Positions 36,992 through 46,961 of a stretch of DNA of 64,000 nt are shown piece by piece. Where the stretch lies: assembly GCA_011192005.1 (NCBI GenBank), contig DUFB01000066.1, positions 583 through 64,582 of the forward strand. Reading direction: 5' to 3'. A program made the position numbers and the translations under genes. Numbering within the stretch: the stretch's first letter is position 1; every line of letters begins with the position of its first letter. The notes below the pieces were generated by a model. It had not been told where the DNA came from and did not search any database. It was given only the letters and a program-made list of their open reading frames with translations. The DNA is from Dehalococcoidia bacterium. GTDB lineage: Bacteria; Chloroflexota; Dehalococcoidia; Dehalococcoidales; RBG-16-60-22.

Positions 36992-37702
36992 ATGATTGAA
37001 GAGAAAGATCTCAGTCAGGAGAAGAAACGGTACTATGAAGCACGCGCGAAGTCGGTGATAAAGGCTCTCTTGAAACGGAAAATAAACAGTCAATACACGG
37101 CTAACTCGGCGGAAGCACTTACCGCTATGATGGAAATGATTCGTCCTGGAGCGACAGTAGCACGCGGAGATTCCGTTAGTGTCGACCAGGTGGGCGTTAT
37201 GGAGGAAATTACTAAACGCGCCCAGAACAAAATCATTAATCCACTTGTAAGGGATGCCGATGGTAATTTTGCATTTAATTCTCGTGAGAGGCATCGGTTA
37301 GAACGCGAAGCCTTCTTTGCTGACGTATTTATCTCGAGCACCAACGCGATTACTCTTGATGGTAAACTGGTAAGTGTCGATGGCCATGGGAACAGGGTAT
37401 CAGCGATGATTTGTGGGCCAAACAAGGTGATTATCGTAGTTGGTGCCAATAAGATAGTTAAAGATGTGGACGAAGCACTGGCGCGGATTCATAACGTCGC
37501 CACCCCGATTAATGCCATACGACACTCTTTGAAACACAACATGCCAGAGGGTCAGGATTTACCGTGTGTTAAAGCAGGTTATTGTATTGACTGTAATCAT
37601 CCCGCCAAACCATGTCAATATACAGTGATAATTGAAGGCAGTGGAATCATGGATAAAGGACGACTAAATGTGGTGCTGGTTGGCGAGGAATTGGGTATAT
37701 AG
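36992..37702 (+). CDS. LUD-domain (LutC/YkgG-like, DUF162) protein
   Basis: 236 aa. The SSTNAITLDGKLVSVDGHGNRVSAMICGPNKVIIVVGANKIV pattern is typical of lactate-utilisation LUD domains. Confidence 0.7.
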   Translation: MIEEKDLSQEKKRYYEARAKSVIKALLKRKINSQYTANSAEALTAMMEMIRPGATVARGDSVSVDQVGVMEEITKRAQNKIINPLVRDADGNFAFNSRERHRLEREAFFADVFISSTNAITLDGKLVSVDGHGNRVSAMICGPNKVIIVVGANKIVKDVDEALARIHNVATPINAIRHSLKHNMPEGQDLPCVKAGYCIDCNHPAKPCQYTVIIEGSGIMDKGRLNVVLVGEELGI

Positions 37703-37797
37703 AAACCGGAAATACCAGCTTTAAATTTGATCAACTTTGAATAACTTGATTAAAGACAGGAAACGCACCTGAGAAAATGAAAAACAAGGGGGAGAAG

Positions 37798-38589
37798 ATG
37801 GCGAATTACGAGACTATCATTTATGAAAAGAAAAATAGTATAGCAAAAATCACTCTGAATCGACCGGAAGCTATGAATGCTATAACCCGAACAATGTTCC
37901 TGGAAATAGGCCAAGCCCTTGATGATGCTGATCAAGATAAAAACGTCAGTGTCGTGGTATTAGCTGGAAATGGCAAATCCTTCTGTGCCGGGGTGGACAT
38001 GAAATTTGCCTCTGAAGAATTAGTCACGATACAGGATCAGCATGATTTTTTCCGCTTAGGTAATAAGATGGCTTTAGAAAAGATGGAAGGTTCAAGTAAA
38101 CCGGTTATAGCCGCTATACATGGATATTGTCTGGCAGGCGGCTTTGAATTGATGATGGCAGCTGACCTTGTTATTGCGGCTGAAGATGCCAAGATTGGTG
38201 ACCAACACATCAATTTCGGGTTGTTTGGTGGCGGTGGCTGTGCTTATCGGCTGGCGTTGCTTGTTGGCATGAGAAAAGCAAAGGAGATAATTCTGACGGG
38301 TAAGCGTCTTTCCGGTAAGGAAGCGGAACAAATAGGCTTGATTAACATTGCTGTACCACCGGATAAACTGGAAAGTGCTGTAAATGAGATGGCAGTTGAG
38401 CTATCCGATAAAAGTCCCGTAGCTGTCAGACTCTCAAAGTGGTTTATCAACCGCGCCTCGATGCTAGATGCCGATACCAGACTTGAGCTGGCTATTATGT
38501 ACTCTCTTATCGATAGTACTTCGGAAGATAAAGAAGAAGGGATGAAAGCTTTTATTGAAAAAAGAAAACCGGTATTCAAAGGTAGATAG
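37798..38589 (+). CDS. Enoyl-CoA hydratase/isomerase (crotonase) family protein
   Basis: ORF 37777..38589. The ATG at 37798 follows an AAGGGGGAG SD. ITLNRPEAMNAI, FCAGVDM, AAIHGYCLAGGFELMMAADL. Confidence 0.9.
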   Translation: MANYETIIYEKKNSIAKITLNRPEAMNAITRTMFLEIGQALDDADQDKNVSVVVLAGNGKSFCAGVDMKFASEELVTIQDQHDFFRLGNKMALEKMEGSSKPVIAAIHGYCLAGGFELMMAADLVIAAEDAKIGDQHINFGLFGGGGCAYRLALLVGMRKAKEIILTGKRLSGKEAEQIGLINIAVPPDKLESAVNEMAVELSDKSPVAVRLSKWFINRASMLDADTRLELAIMYSLIDSTSEDKEEGMKAFIEKRKPVFKGR

Positions 38590-38686
38590 TATGAAAAATC
38601 GGTATATAAACCAGAGCTTTCTGCCTCATTAGTGTTTTTCATCTCAACCCAATATTCTTGGGTGATTATTTAAATTACGTAAAATA

Positions 38687-39931
38687 ATGACATTGCAGAA
38701 CCATAATCAGATCGAGAGGATCTATTTGATACAAGCGTTAGAAGGCTTAAAGGTTTTAGACCTCACACGGTATGCCCCGGGACCTTACGGTACCATGATT
38801 CTGGGTGACCTTGGGGCTGATATCATCAGGGTTGAAGAGGTCGGCTCACCCGCCGGTCGTCGCGCCGACCAGATGAAGGGGATGAATGAAGTTCCACCTC
38901 CAGCCGAATTTGCCTCCCCTGATACTCCCTATTACCCGCTGAATCGTAACAAGAGAAGTATTCGACTTAACCTTAAAGCGCCGGCAGGGCAGCAAATATT
39001 TTACCAGCTCGCTAAAGTAAGCGACGTCGTTATAGAAGGCTTCCGTCCCGGTGTAACCAAGCGTTTAGGCATAGATTACCCGACCCTTAATAAAATAAAT
39101 CAAAAGTTGATATACTGCGCTTTAACCGGATACGGCCAGGATGGTCCGTATCGGGATTTACCCGGACACGATATAAACTATATTGCCAGTGCTGGTGTTG
39201 TAAGTGCTATAAGTCTTCCTGGAAATCTTCTCGTACCGGGGAATCTCATCGGTGACATGGCCGCTGGCGGAATGCAAGCTGCGATCGGGATACTGGTGGC
39301 ACTTGCTGCCCGGGAGAAAACGGGAAAGGGGCAGTTTGTGGATATTGCCATGACCGATGGCGCTGTTAGTATGCTTTGTCTGTATCTCAGTCAGTACTTC
39401 CAGAATGGCACTATACCGGAGCCTGAAGAACGGGTAAGTTGCGGGGCATCGCACCACTATAATCATTATCAGACTGGAGATGGTAAATTCATCACTATTG
39501 CCTGCTCTGAGCCTTGGTTCTTTGCTAATTTGTGCCGGGCTTTGGACTGTGAAGACTTTATTCACCACCAGACAGATGAAGAGAAAGCTGATGAGATAAA
39601 AGTATTTTTTACAAAAAGGTTCCTCACCCGTACCAGAGATGAATGGTTTGATATATTATCCAGAGCTGATGTCCCGGTGAGTAAAGTGTGCACTCTTGAT
39701 GAACTCTCTAAAGATTCCCAGCTGAGACATCGTCAGATGATTCTGGAAATGGACCATCCCGGAAAAGGTAAGATAAAACAGGTCGGTATATCTATCAAGC
39801 TATCTGACACACCGGGGAGAATTAAGAACTTGGGTTCGAAGCCGGGTGAAGACACCAGCGAAATTTTGTCTGAACTTGGTTACGGCAATAAGGAAATTCA
39901 GCAACTAATAACGGAAAATATTGTCGGCTAA
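38687..39931 (+). CDS. Family-III CoA-transferase (CaiB/BaiF/Frc type), copy 1
   Basis: LEGLKVLDLTRYAPGPYGTMILGDLGADIIRVE and GYGQDGPY. An alternative TTG start at 38726 has a better SD (GAGAGGA). Confidence 0.88.
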   Translation: MTLQNHNQIERIYLIQALEGLKVLDLTRYAPGPYGTMILGDLGADIIRVEEVGSPAGRRADQMKGMNEVPPPAEFASPDTPYYPLNRNKRSIRLNLKAPAGQQIFYQLAKVSDVVIEGFRPGVTKRLGIDYPTLNKINQKLIYCALTGYGQDGPYRDLPGHDINYIASAGVVSAISLPGNLLVPGNLIGDMAAGGMQAAIGILVALAAREKTGKGQFVDIAMTDGAVSMLCLYLSQYFQNGTIPEPEERVSCGASHHYNHYQTGDGKFITIACSEPWFFANLCRALDCEDFIHHQTDEEKADEIKVFFTKRFLTRTRDEWFDILSRADVPVSKVCTLDELSKDSQLRHRQMILEMDHPGKGKIKQVGISIKLSDTPGRIKNLGSKPGEDTSEILSELGYGNKEIQQLITENIVG

Positions 39932-40057
39932 CAATAAATGGATAAGAAGTTAATTAAATCATAAAGATAACGGGCTCCTTTAAGCTCAAACGACCGTATC
40001 TATATCTTTATCAATATTTGGATTAGTTTCACACGGTCTGGAAAAGGAGAAATGCAC

Positions 40058-40522
40058 ATGACAAAGCCGTCAAACAGTGACCCAGCGCCTGATAAGCTAC
40101 AAATCCTGGTGCAGGAAGGCCTGTTTTACCAGCCTCAATCTCCCAAAGAGAAACCATATTTAATCGGTTCCAGATGTAGTTTATGCGGGTATGTCAGTTT
40201 CCCCAAACTCATGGTTTGCCCTTGCTGTGTCCAAATAAACACTATGGAGGAAATGCATATTACCGGGAAGGGCAAAATAGATACGTTTAGTGTATGTTAC
40301 GCGGCTTTACCGGGTTTTCAGGCACCCTCCATTCAAGGTTATATTAACCTAGAGGAGGGAGCCAGAATTTGGTCACTGATAACCGGTGTTGAGCCATCCG
40401 ATGAATCATTGAAGATTGGCATGGACGTTGAGTTGGTAATAGGTAAGTTGAGAGAGGATGCCGAAGGTAATGAAATCATAAGCTATCAGTTCAAGCCAGT
40501 AAAGACTGACCGGAAAGGATAA
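40058..40522 (+). CDS. Zn-ribbon/OB-fold DUF35 protein (thiolase small partner, BbsA/ChsH-associated type)
   Basis: ORF 40052..40522. CSLCGYVSFPKLMVCPCC rubredoxin-like ribbon plus an OB fold. Lies 5 nt upstream of the thiolase gene. Confidence 0.85.
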   Translation: MTKPSNSDPAPDKLQILVQEGLFYQPQSPKEKPYLIGSRCSLCGYVSFPKLMVCPCCVQINTMEEMHITGKGKIDTFSVCYAALPGFQAPSIQGYINLEEGARIWSLITGVEPSDESLKIGMDVELVIGKLREDAEGNEIISYQFKPVKTDRKG

Positions 40523-40527
40523 ATAGC

Positions 40528-41685
40528 ATGAGAGACGTAGTTATTGTTGGTGTGGGTATGACCCGCTTTGGGAAATTCCTGGAAAGGAGTCTACCGGACT
40601 TGGGAAGAGAGGCCATCTGGAAGGCTGTTGGTGACGCCAATATCCCGCCAAAGGATATACAGATTGCTTATGTTGCCAATTCTATCGGCTATCAGCTTAC
40701 AGAGCTAAAAGGAACGATTGGGCAGCACGTGCTAGCAGCGGCGGGCTTTTTCGGGATACCGATTATCAACGTAGAGAATGCCTGTAGCAGCGGCTCGACG
40801 GCTCTGAGGAGTGCCTGCCTTGAAGTGGCCTCGGGTAATTTTGATGTTGCTCTCGCACTTGGCGTTGAAAAGCTATTCTGTGATAACACCGCAAGGTCGT
40901 CTGAAGCTATGGCTTCAGGTACACCTTACGCTAAATTCGGCTTTATGTTTCCTGCTCTCTACTCCATGAATCTGAAAAAATGGATGGAGAAATACGGAAT
41001 CACACAGAGACAATTCGCCAAAGTAGCGGTTAAGAATTCAAAAAACGGGGCTCTGAATCCTAACGCTCAGTTCAGGAAGCCGTTATCCATAGATGACGTC
41101 CTGAATTCACGTGTAATTGCCTATCCACTCACCCTTTATATGTGCTCAACCATGGGTGACGGCGCCGCCGCGGCTATAGTATGCACCAGGGATAAAGCGC
41201 GTAAATATACTACTAAACCTCTGGTTGAGGTGGCAGCCTGCGAACTGGTATCGGGTACGGTAACGATTCCGAATCAGCCCCATGAACCTCTTGAAGCCCG
41301 GGCCGCAAGACTTGCCTATCAAAAGGCTGGGGTCGGCCCTGAGGATGTGGATGTGGCCGAGGTGCATGACGGTATGGCGCCAGCCGAACTGATGTTGTAT
41401 GAAGAGCTTGGCCTGTGCAGGGAAGGTGAAGGGGGCAGAATGATTGACGAAGGATTAACAGAAATTACAGGGAAGATCCCGGTAAATCCGAGTGGGGGAT
41501 TGGCGGCGAAGGGCCATCCGGTCGGGGCCACCGGGCTGGCGCAAATAGCAGAAATTGTCTGGCAACTAAGAGGAGAGGCCGGTGAGAGGCAGGTCAACGA
41601 TCCTAAGGTGGGGCTTACTGAAAACGCTGGGGGATGGGTAATCGACGACAATGCAGCTTGTGCGGTAACAATACTGAAGAAGTAA
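40528..41685 (+). CDS. Thiolase-fold protein, SCP-x/BbsB type (pairs with DUF35)
   Basis: 385 aa. NVENACSSGSTAL (active-site Cys), EVHDGMAPAE, NPSGGL. Confidence 0.88.
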   Translation: MRDVVIVGVGMTRFGKFLERSLPDLGREAIWKAVGDANIPPKDIQIAYVANSIGYQLTELKGTIGQHVLAAAGFFGIPIINVENACSSGSTALRSACLEVASGNFDVALALGVEKLFCDNTARSSEAMASGTPYAKFGFMFPALYSMNLKKWMEKYGITQRQFAKVAVKNSKNGALNPNAQFRKPLSIDDVLNSRVIAYPLTLYMCSTMGDGAAAAIVCTRDKARKYTTKPLVEVAACELVSGTVTIPNQPHEPLEARAARLAYQKAGVGPEDVDVAEVHDGMAPAELMLYEELGLCREGEGGRMIDEGLTEITGKIPVNPSGGLAAKGHPVGATGLAQIAEIVWQLRGEAGERQVNDPKVGLTENAGGWVIDDNAACAVTILKK

Positions 41686-41744
41686 GGTGGTTCGGGTAAT
41701 CTGGACCACTGGCAAATCCGGAGTAGGGGGAGATCAAATATATC

Positions 41745-42608
41745 ATGGAAATTAAGAACGTTGGAGTAGTCGGCTGCGGTATCATGGGCTCAGGCATTGC
41801 TCAGGTCTGTGCTCAATCGGGATATAACATAACTATATCGGAAATAAGTGATGAAGTCTTGAACAAAGGACTGAAATCTATTGAAACCATACTTACCAGG
41901 AGTGTAGATAAGGGCAGGATATCCCGGCAAGACAGGGAATCCGTCTTGGCTCTTATAAAAGGTACTACGAATATGGAAGACTTCTCCGATTGCGAACTTG
42001 TAATAGAAGCGGCAACAGAGGACTTGGATATTAAGAAGGGAATCTTTTCCACGCTTGATAAGGTTTGTCCCAGGCATACTATTCTCGCAACCAATACCTC
42101 GGTATTATCCGTTTCTGATATGGCGGCGGTAACCGGTAGGCCTGAAAAAGTGATTGGAATACACTTTTCAAATCCTGTCCCCGTTATGAAGATAGTGGAA
42201 ATGATAAAGACGATTGTCACCAGTGAATCTACGGTAGAAATCAGTAAGCAGTTTTGCGAATCTCTGGGCAAAACCGTGGTAATTACCAAAGACCTGCCGG
42301 GTTTTATCTCTGGCCGCATATTTACACCTTTTGTGCTGAATGCTATCCGTCTTGTGGAAGCGGATATTGCCAAACCTGAGGACATTGATACCATATTTCG
42401 ACTTGGGGCGGGGCATCCTATGGGTCCTCTGGAAACGGCGGATCTTGTCGGTATCGATATCATATACAATGCTGCGAGCGCTATTTACGATGAATTAAAA
42501 GACCCGCAGTATCTACCTCCACAGTTGATGAAAAAGATGGTGACCATGGGCTGGCTCGGACGCAAGACGGGAAAAGGATTCTACACCTACCCTGAAGGAA
42601 AAAGCTAG
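41745..42608 (+). CDS. hbd: 3-hydroxyacyl-CoA (3-hydroxybutyryl-CoA) dehydrogenase, NAD-dependent
   Basis: VGVVGCGIMGSGIAQV Rossmann motif, NTSVLS, and the GHPMGPLETADLVGID C-terminal domain. Confidence 0.9.
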   Translation: MEIKNVGVVGCGIMGSGIAQVCAQSGYNITISEISDEVLNKGLKSIETILTRSVDKGRISRQDRESVLALIKGTTNMEDFSDCELVIEAATEDLDIKKGIFSTLDKVCPRHTILATNTSVLSVSDMAAVTGRPEKVIGIHFSNPVPVMKIVEMIKTIVTSESTVEISKQFCESLGKTVVITKDLPGFISGRIFTPFVLNAIRLVEADIAKPEDIDTIFRLGAGHPMGPLETADLVGIDIIYNAASAIYDELKDPQYLPPQLMKKMVTMGWLGRKTGKGFYTYPEGKS

Positions 42609-42614
42609 TAAAAG

Positions 42615-43919
42615 ATGGGGAAATTAAGTAAGAAATCTACGGTATCCAATAATGAAGGCATGCTCTCTCCTTATCGCGTCCTGGATTTAACTGACCAGCG
42701 CGGATACTTATCCGGCAAATTATTCGGTGATCTGGGTGCGGATGTTATAAAGATGGAAACGCCAGAGGGTGATCCAGGAAGAAGCCTTGGTCCCTTTTAT
42801 CATGATATACCTGATCCTGAAAAAAGCCTGTACTGGATGGGGTTTAATACTAATAAAAGGGGGATAACCCTCAATATTAAGAGAAAAAAAGGACAAGAAA
42901 TATTCAAGCAATTGTGCAGGACAGCAGATTTTATTATTGAGTCATTCAATCCGGGCTACATGGACAAACTCGGTCTGGGATATTCTACACTCAGTGAAAT
43001 AAACCCGGGCATCATCATGGCTTCTATCACCGGCTTCGGACAGGACGGCCCGTATAAAGACTACAAAGCGCCCGATATAGTCCTATGGGCTCTCTCCGGT
43101 CTAGGATTCGTTACCGGTGACCCCGACCGACCTCCAATTAGTCCCGGTTATCCCATCTCGTATTTTTTCAGTGCCATACAGGCCGTGATCGGCTCTCTCA
43201 TTGCCCTCTATAGCCGGGGTATTACCGGCAGGGGTCAATATATCGATGCGGTGACGCTACTCGGACTTGCTTGGGCTACCGGACCGGAAGTACAGGGATT
43301 GTGGCCTACGAACAAACAAATCGTCAAACGCACCGGTAGAATCTGGCCACGACCCCAGGTAAGAGCCAGCGGGGAAGTAAGTTATATTGACGTCCCCCTG
43401 ATATATCCCTGTAAAGATGGTAGCGTAAAATTCTTCCCCTTTGTCGAACCGGGGATGCTTCCGAGTACAAACGGGCTGACTCAGTGGGTCGTTGAAGATG
43501 GCATGGCCAGCGAGACCCTCCAGTACGTCGACTGGAGCACGTGGAACTGGCAAACGGTTACCCAGGACGCGGTAGATGAAATCGTTGAAAGTTTCAGCAG
43601 GTTTTTCATGAATCATACCAAGAGTGAGCTCTGGAATGGCGCCCAGGAAAGAGGTATCCAGCTATACCCCGTTTTTACTCCTACTGATATGCTGGAATTT
43701 CCACAACTTACTGTCCGCCAGTACTGGGAAGAGGTTGAACATCCCGAGCTAGGAGATAATATTGTATATCCCGGTGCTTTTACTAAACTTTCCGACGGCT
43801 CATGTAAAATACGTCGTCGGGCACCGCTTATAGGTGAGCATAATGAGGAAATCTATTTCGGGGAACTGGGATTGTCGAAAGAGGAACTTGTACTTTTAAA
43901 ACAAGATAGGATCATCTAA
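42615..43919 (+). CDS. Family-III CoA-transferase, copy 2
   Basis: YRVLDLTDQRGYLSGKLFGDLGADVIKME and GFGQDGPY. Its stop overlaps the start of copy 3 (TAATG). Confidence 0.88.
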   Translation: MGKLSKKSTVSNNEGMLSPYRVLDLTDQRGYLSGKLFGDLGADVIKMETPEGDPGRSLGPFYHDIPDPEKSLYWMGFNTNKRGITLNIKRKKGQEIFKQLCRTADFIIESFNPGYMDKLGLGYSTLSEINPGIIMASITGFGQDGPYKDYKAPDIVLWALSGLGFVTGDPDRPPISPGYPISYFFSAIQAVIGSLIALYSRGITGRGQYIDAVTLLGLAWATGPEVQGLWPTNKQIVKRTGRIWPRPQVRASGEVSYIDVPLIYPCKDGSVKFFPFVEPGMLPSTNGLTQWVVEDGMASETLQYVDWSTWNWQTVTQDAVDEIVESFSRFFMNHTKSELWNGAQERGIQLYPVFTPTDMLEFPQLTVRQYWEEVEHPELGDNIVYPGAFTKLSDGSCKIRRRAPLIGEHNEEIYFGELGLSKEELVLLKQDRII

Positions 43920-45154
43920 TGGAAATGGACGATACGCAAATGCAGACGCCCCCCTTTGAAGGGATCAATATCCTGGATTTCACCTGGACGGGAACAGGTC
44001 CATTCAGTCTTAATCCCCTTGCTTTTTATGGAGCGACCATAATAAAGGTAGAGTCGAGAGAGCGCCCGGATGCCCTGAGAAGCCTGGGGCCATTCAAGGA
44101 CGGCGTAGCCGCCCCGGAACAAAGCTATTACTTTGCCTATTGCCAGACGGGTAAAAGATATAATATTACCCTGAACATGTCTCATCCTGAAGCAAAAGAG
44201 CTGGTTAAGAGACTTGTAGTCTGGGCTGATATAGTGGCTGACAGCTATGCTACCGGAACAATGGAAAAATGGGGTCTTGACTACGATAATCTGAAGAAAA
44301 TAAAGCCCGATATTATCATGCTGCGTACATGTATGCACGGGCATACAGGGCCACTGGCCGGGCATCACGGTCAGGGATTTATCCTTACCGCTCTATCGGG
44401 AGTCGATTCCATCCTCGGCTGGCCCGATCGGCCTCCGGCTGGTGCTTTCGGGGCTTTAACCGATTTTATTGCTCCCCAGTTTAATTCCGTCTGTCTCATT
44501 GCTGCCCTTGACTACCGTCGCAGAACGGGCAAGGGGCAGTATATTGACCAATCCCAGCATGAAGCGGCGATGCAATTAATCACGCCACTTATCCTTGATT
44601 ACACAGCTAATCAGAGAGACCTCACCCCAAGGTGTAACCGGCTTGACAACGCGGCTCCTCATGGCATCTATCGCTGTCGTGGCGATGACATATGGTGTGC
44701 TATTGCTGTATTCACGGATGATGAATGGAAAAGCTTCTGTAGAATAATCGGGCAACCGGCCCTGGCCAAGGACTCGAAATTTGCCACTCTGTCGCAAAGA
44801 AAGCAGAATGAGGACGAACTCGACAGAATTGTGGAGGAATGGACGGTAAAGCATTCGCCCCGGGAGGTGATGGACCTGATGCAGGCGGCTAGAGTTGCCG
44901 CGGGTGTAGTTGCCGATGCCAGAGACCAGGCAGAAGACCCTCAACTTATGCATTATAACTTTTTTGAAGAGAGAGAACACCCCGTTATCGGTAAAATCCC
45001 GTTTTATCATGGCCCCTGCTTCCGGTTGTCCGAGACGCCATATGAGATAGGTCGTGCTACCATGATTGGAGAACATAACGAATATGTATTTACAGAATTG
45101 CTCGGACTCTCGGACGAGGAATGGGCTCGCTTGATGGCGGAGGGAGTTATATAA
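43919..45154 (+). CDS. Family-III CoA-transferase, copy 3
   Basis: INILDFTWTGTGPFSLNPLAFYGATIIKVE. Collinear with copies 1 and 2 and translationally coupled to copy 2. Confidence 0.88.
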   Translation: MEMDDTQMQTPPFEGINILDFTWTGTGPFSLNPLAFYGATIIKVESRERPDALRSLGPFKDGVAAPEQSYYFAYCQTGKRYNITLNMSHPEAKELVKRLVVWADIVADSYATGTMEKWGLDYDNLKKIKPDIIMLRTCMHGHTGPLAGHHGQGFILTALSGVDSILGWPDRPPAGAFGALTDFIAPQFNSVCLIAALDYRRRTGKGQYIDQSQHEAAMQLITPLILDYTANQRDLTPRCNRLDNAAPHGIYRCRGDDIWCAIAVFTDDEWKSFCRIIGQPALAKDSKFATLSQRKQNEDELDRIVEEWTVKHSPREVMDLMQAARVAAGVVADARDQAEDPQLMHYNFFEEREHPVIGKIPFYHGPCFRLSETPYEIGRATMIGEHNEYVFTELLGLSDEEWARLMAEGVI

Positions 45155-45241
45155 AATATATGTCCCGGTGCTTTTAAGCACATAATCATTCTTCCCGTTA
45201 ATAATAGCCGGCCGGCAACTCCATCAAAGGAGGAAACTGCT

Positions 45242-46390
45242 ATGTTGGACTTTACTTTCACCGAGGAACAAAGCATGATCCGGAATATGGTACGTGATTT
45301 TGCACAGAAAGAGATTGCTCCCGGTTACAAGGACCGGATTAAGGCAGAGTCAATTCCTCAAGAACTCATAAAGAAAATGGCTGATATCGGTCTTTTGGGG
45401 CTGAATATACCGGAGAAATACGGGGGGCAGCCTAAAGACGCGATTACGGTTGGTCTCATTATCGAGGATCTAGCCAGATACGCGGAGGATGCCGCTCTTC
45501 TGGTGTTTTACAATTACGGTCAAGCCAGTTTTGTTATACTAGCCTCTGATGAAGTGAAAGAAGAATGGCTACCTGCTATGGCGCGGGGTGAGAAGATGGT
45601 GATTATAGCCGCCACCGAAGCCGAGGCCGGTTCAGATCTAGGTAGCTTGAGAATGACGGCAAGAAAAGCTGGCGACTACTATATCCTGAATGGCGAGAAA
45701 AACCGAACGTCCTTTGCTTATCAGGGACATGCAGCCGTTGTGTTAGCTAAAACCGACCTTACTTCACGACGGATTACCCCTTTCCTCGTACCCATGGACC
45801 TTCCTGGTATTACCATAGCGCATATCGATGACATGGGTGTTGAGTCCACGTCAGCCGGGATTATATCATTCGAAGATGTAAAAATACCTGAAAAGTATCT
45901 TCTGGGCGATGAAGAGGGTAAAGGCTTTGTTGAAACGATGCGTGCTTTTGATATTAATCGTGTCTTCTTAGCCCTGATGGCGATGGCTAAGGCTGAAGCC
46001 TCACTGGAGGAGACTTGTGCTTATACCAAGCAGCGAGTTCAATTCGGGAAACCTTTGGCCAAATTTGAGGGGATTTCTTTCAAGCTTGCTGAGGCGGCTA
46101 CGAATGTGGAACTGGGTAGATGGCTGTGCTATCGGACTTTATGGATGAAGGATAACGGTGTGAGGCACAGTAAGGAATCGGCAATGGTTAAGTGGTGGTG
46201 TACCAGAAAGGCTTTTAATATCATTCATGATTGTCTGCTTATTCACGGGCATTACGGCTACAGCAAAGACCTCCCCTTTGAGCAACGGTTAAAAGATGTT
46301 ATCGGTGGGGAGATAGGTGACGGTACAGCGGAAATTATGAAGTTAATTATTGCCCGCGAGATGCTCGGTAGAGAATTCCTTCCCTATTAG
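45242..46390 (+). CDS. Acyl-CoA dehydrogenase
   Basis: 382 aa. SD AAGGAGG. ATEAEAGSDLGS, the RVQFGKPLAKFEGISFKLAE region, and C-terminal GGEIGDGTAEIMKLIIARE. Confidence 0.92.
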   Translation: MLDFTFTEEQSMIRNMVRDFAQKEIAPGYKDRIKAESIPQELIKKMADIGLLGLNIPEKYGGQPKDAITVGLIIEDLARYAEDAALLVFYNYGQASFVILASDEVKEEWLPAMARGEKMVIIAATEAEAGSDLGSLRMTARKAGDYYILNGEKNRTSFAYQGHAAVVLAKTDLTSRRITPFLVPMDLPGITIAHIDDMGVESTSAGIISFEDVKIPEKYLLGDEEGKGFVETMRAFDINRVFLALMAMAKAEASLEETCAYTKQRVQFGKPLAKFEGISFKLAEAATNVELGRWLCYRTLWMKDNGVRHSKESAMVKWWCTRKAFNIIHDCLLIHGHYGYSKDLPFEQRLKDVIGGEIGDGTAEIMKLIIAREMLGREFLPY

Positions 46391-46464
46391 GATCGTGAAA
46401 GATTGAATGGAATCACCAAAAATAATCAACCTTAAAACAACCCAAAAGAGGAGAGAATATCAAG

Positions 46465-46887
46465 ATGATAAACAAGAAATATAGGAATCATTTTTTTCAC
46501 AGACCTTTGATAGAGGGCACCGATGTTAAGTACAGGATAGTCATGCAGGGTAGTAAGCACCATTTCGGAGGTCTTTTTCAGAATTACTGGCTCCGGTGGA
46601 ATTGCATCACCAAGCCTGTATCGATGGGTGAGCCTCATACCCATGAATTCGATGAAATATTTCACTTTTTTAGTGCCGACCCTTCAGATATATCGGATTT
46701 TCATGCAGTAGTTGATTTCACGATAGGAGAGGAGCTCGAGAAATATCCTATTACCGAACCCATGATTGTTTATATTCCGGGGGGACTGGTCCACGCACCG
46801 ATTGATATTAAGATAGTTAAGAAACCTATCATTTTCATGAATGTGGCGAACGCACCAGAGTATATTGAGAAACGTTGGGAGGGCTAG
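46465..46887 (+). CDS. Uncharacterised cupin-like protein, paralog 4 of 4
   Basis: EPHTHEFDEIFHFFSADP...AVVDFTIGEELEKYPI...IPGGLVHAPI...KPIIFMNV. Confidence 0.8.
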   Translation: MINKKYRNHFFHRPLIEGTDVKYRIVMQGSKHHFGGLFQNYWLRWNCITKPVSMGEPHTHEFDEIFHFFSADPSDISDFHAVVDFTIGEELEKYPITEPMIVYIPGGLVHAPIDIKIVKKPIIFMNVANAPEYIEKRWEG

Positions 46888-46961
46888 TGCTCTTCTGTGA
46901 ATAATATGGGGAAATAGCTAGATTAGCATCTTCATTCAAGTATAGTTTAAAAAAGGAGTTC

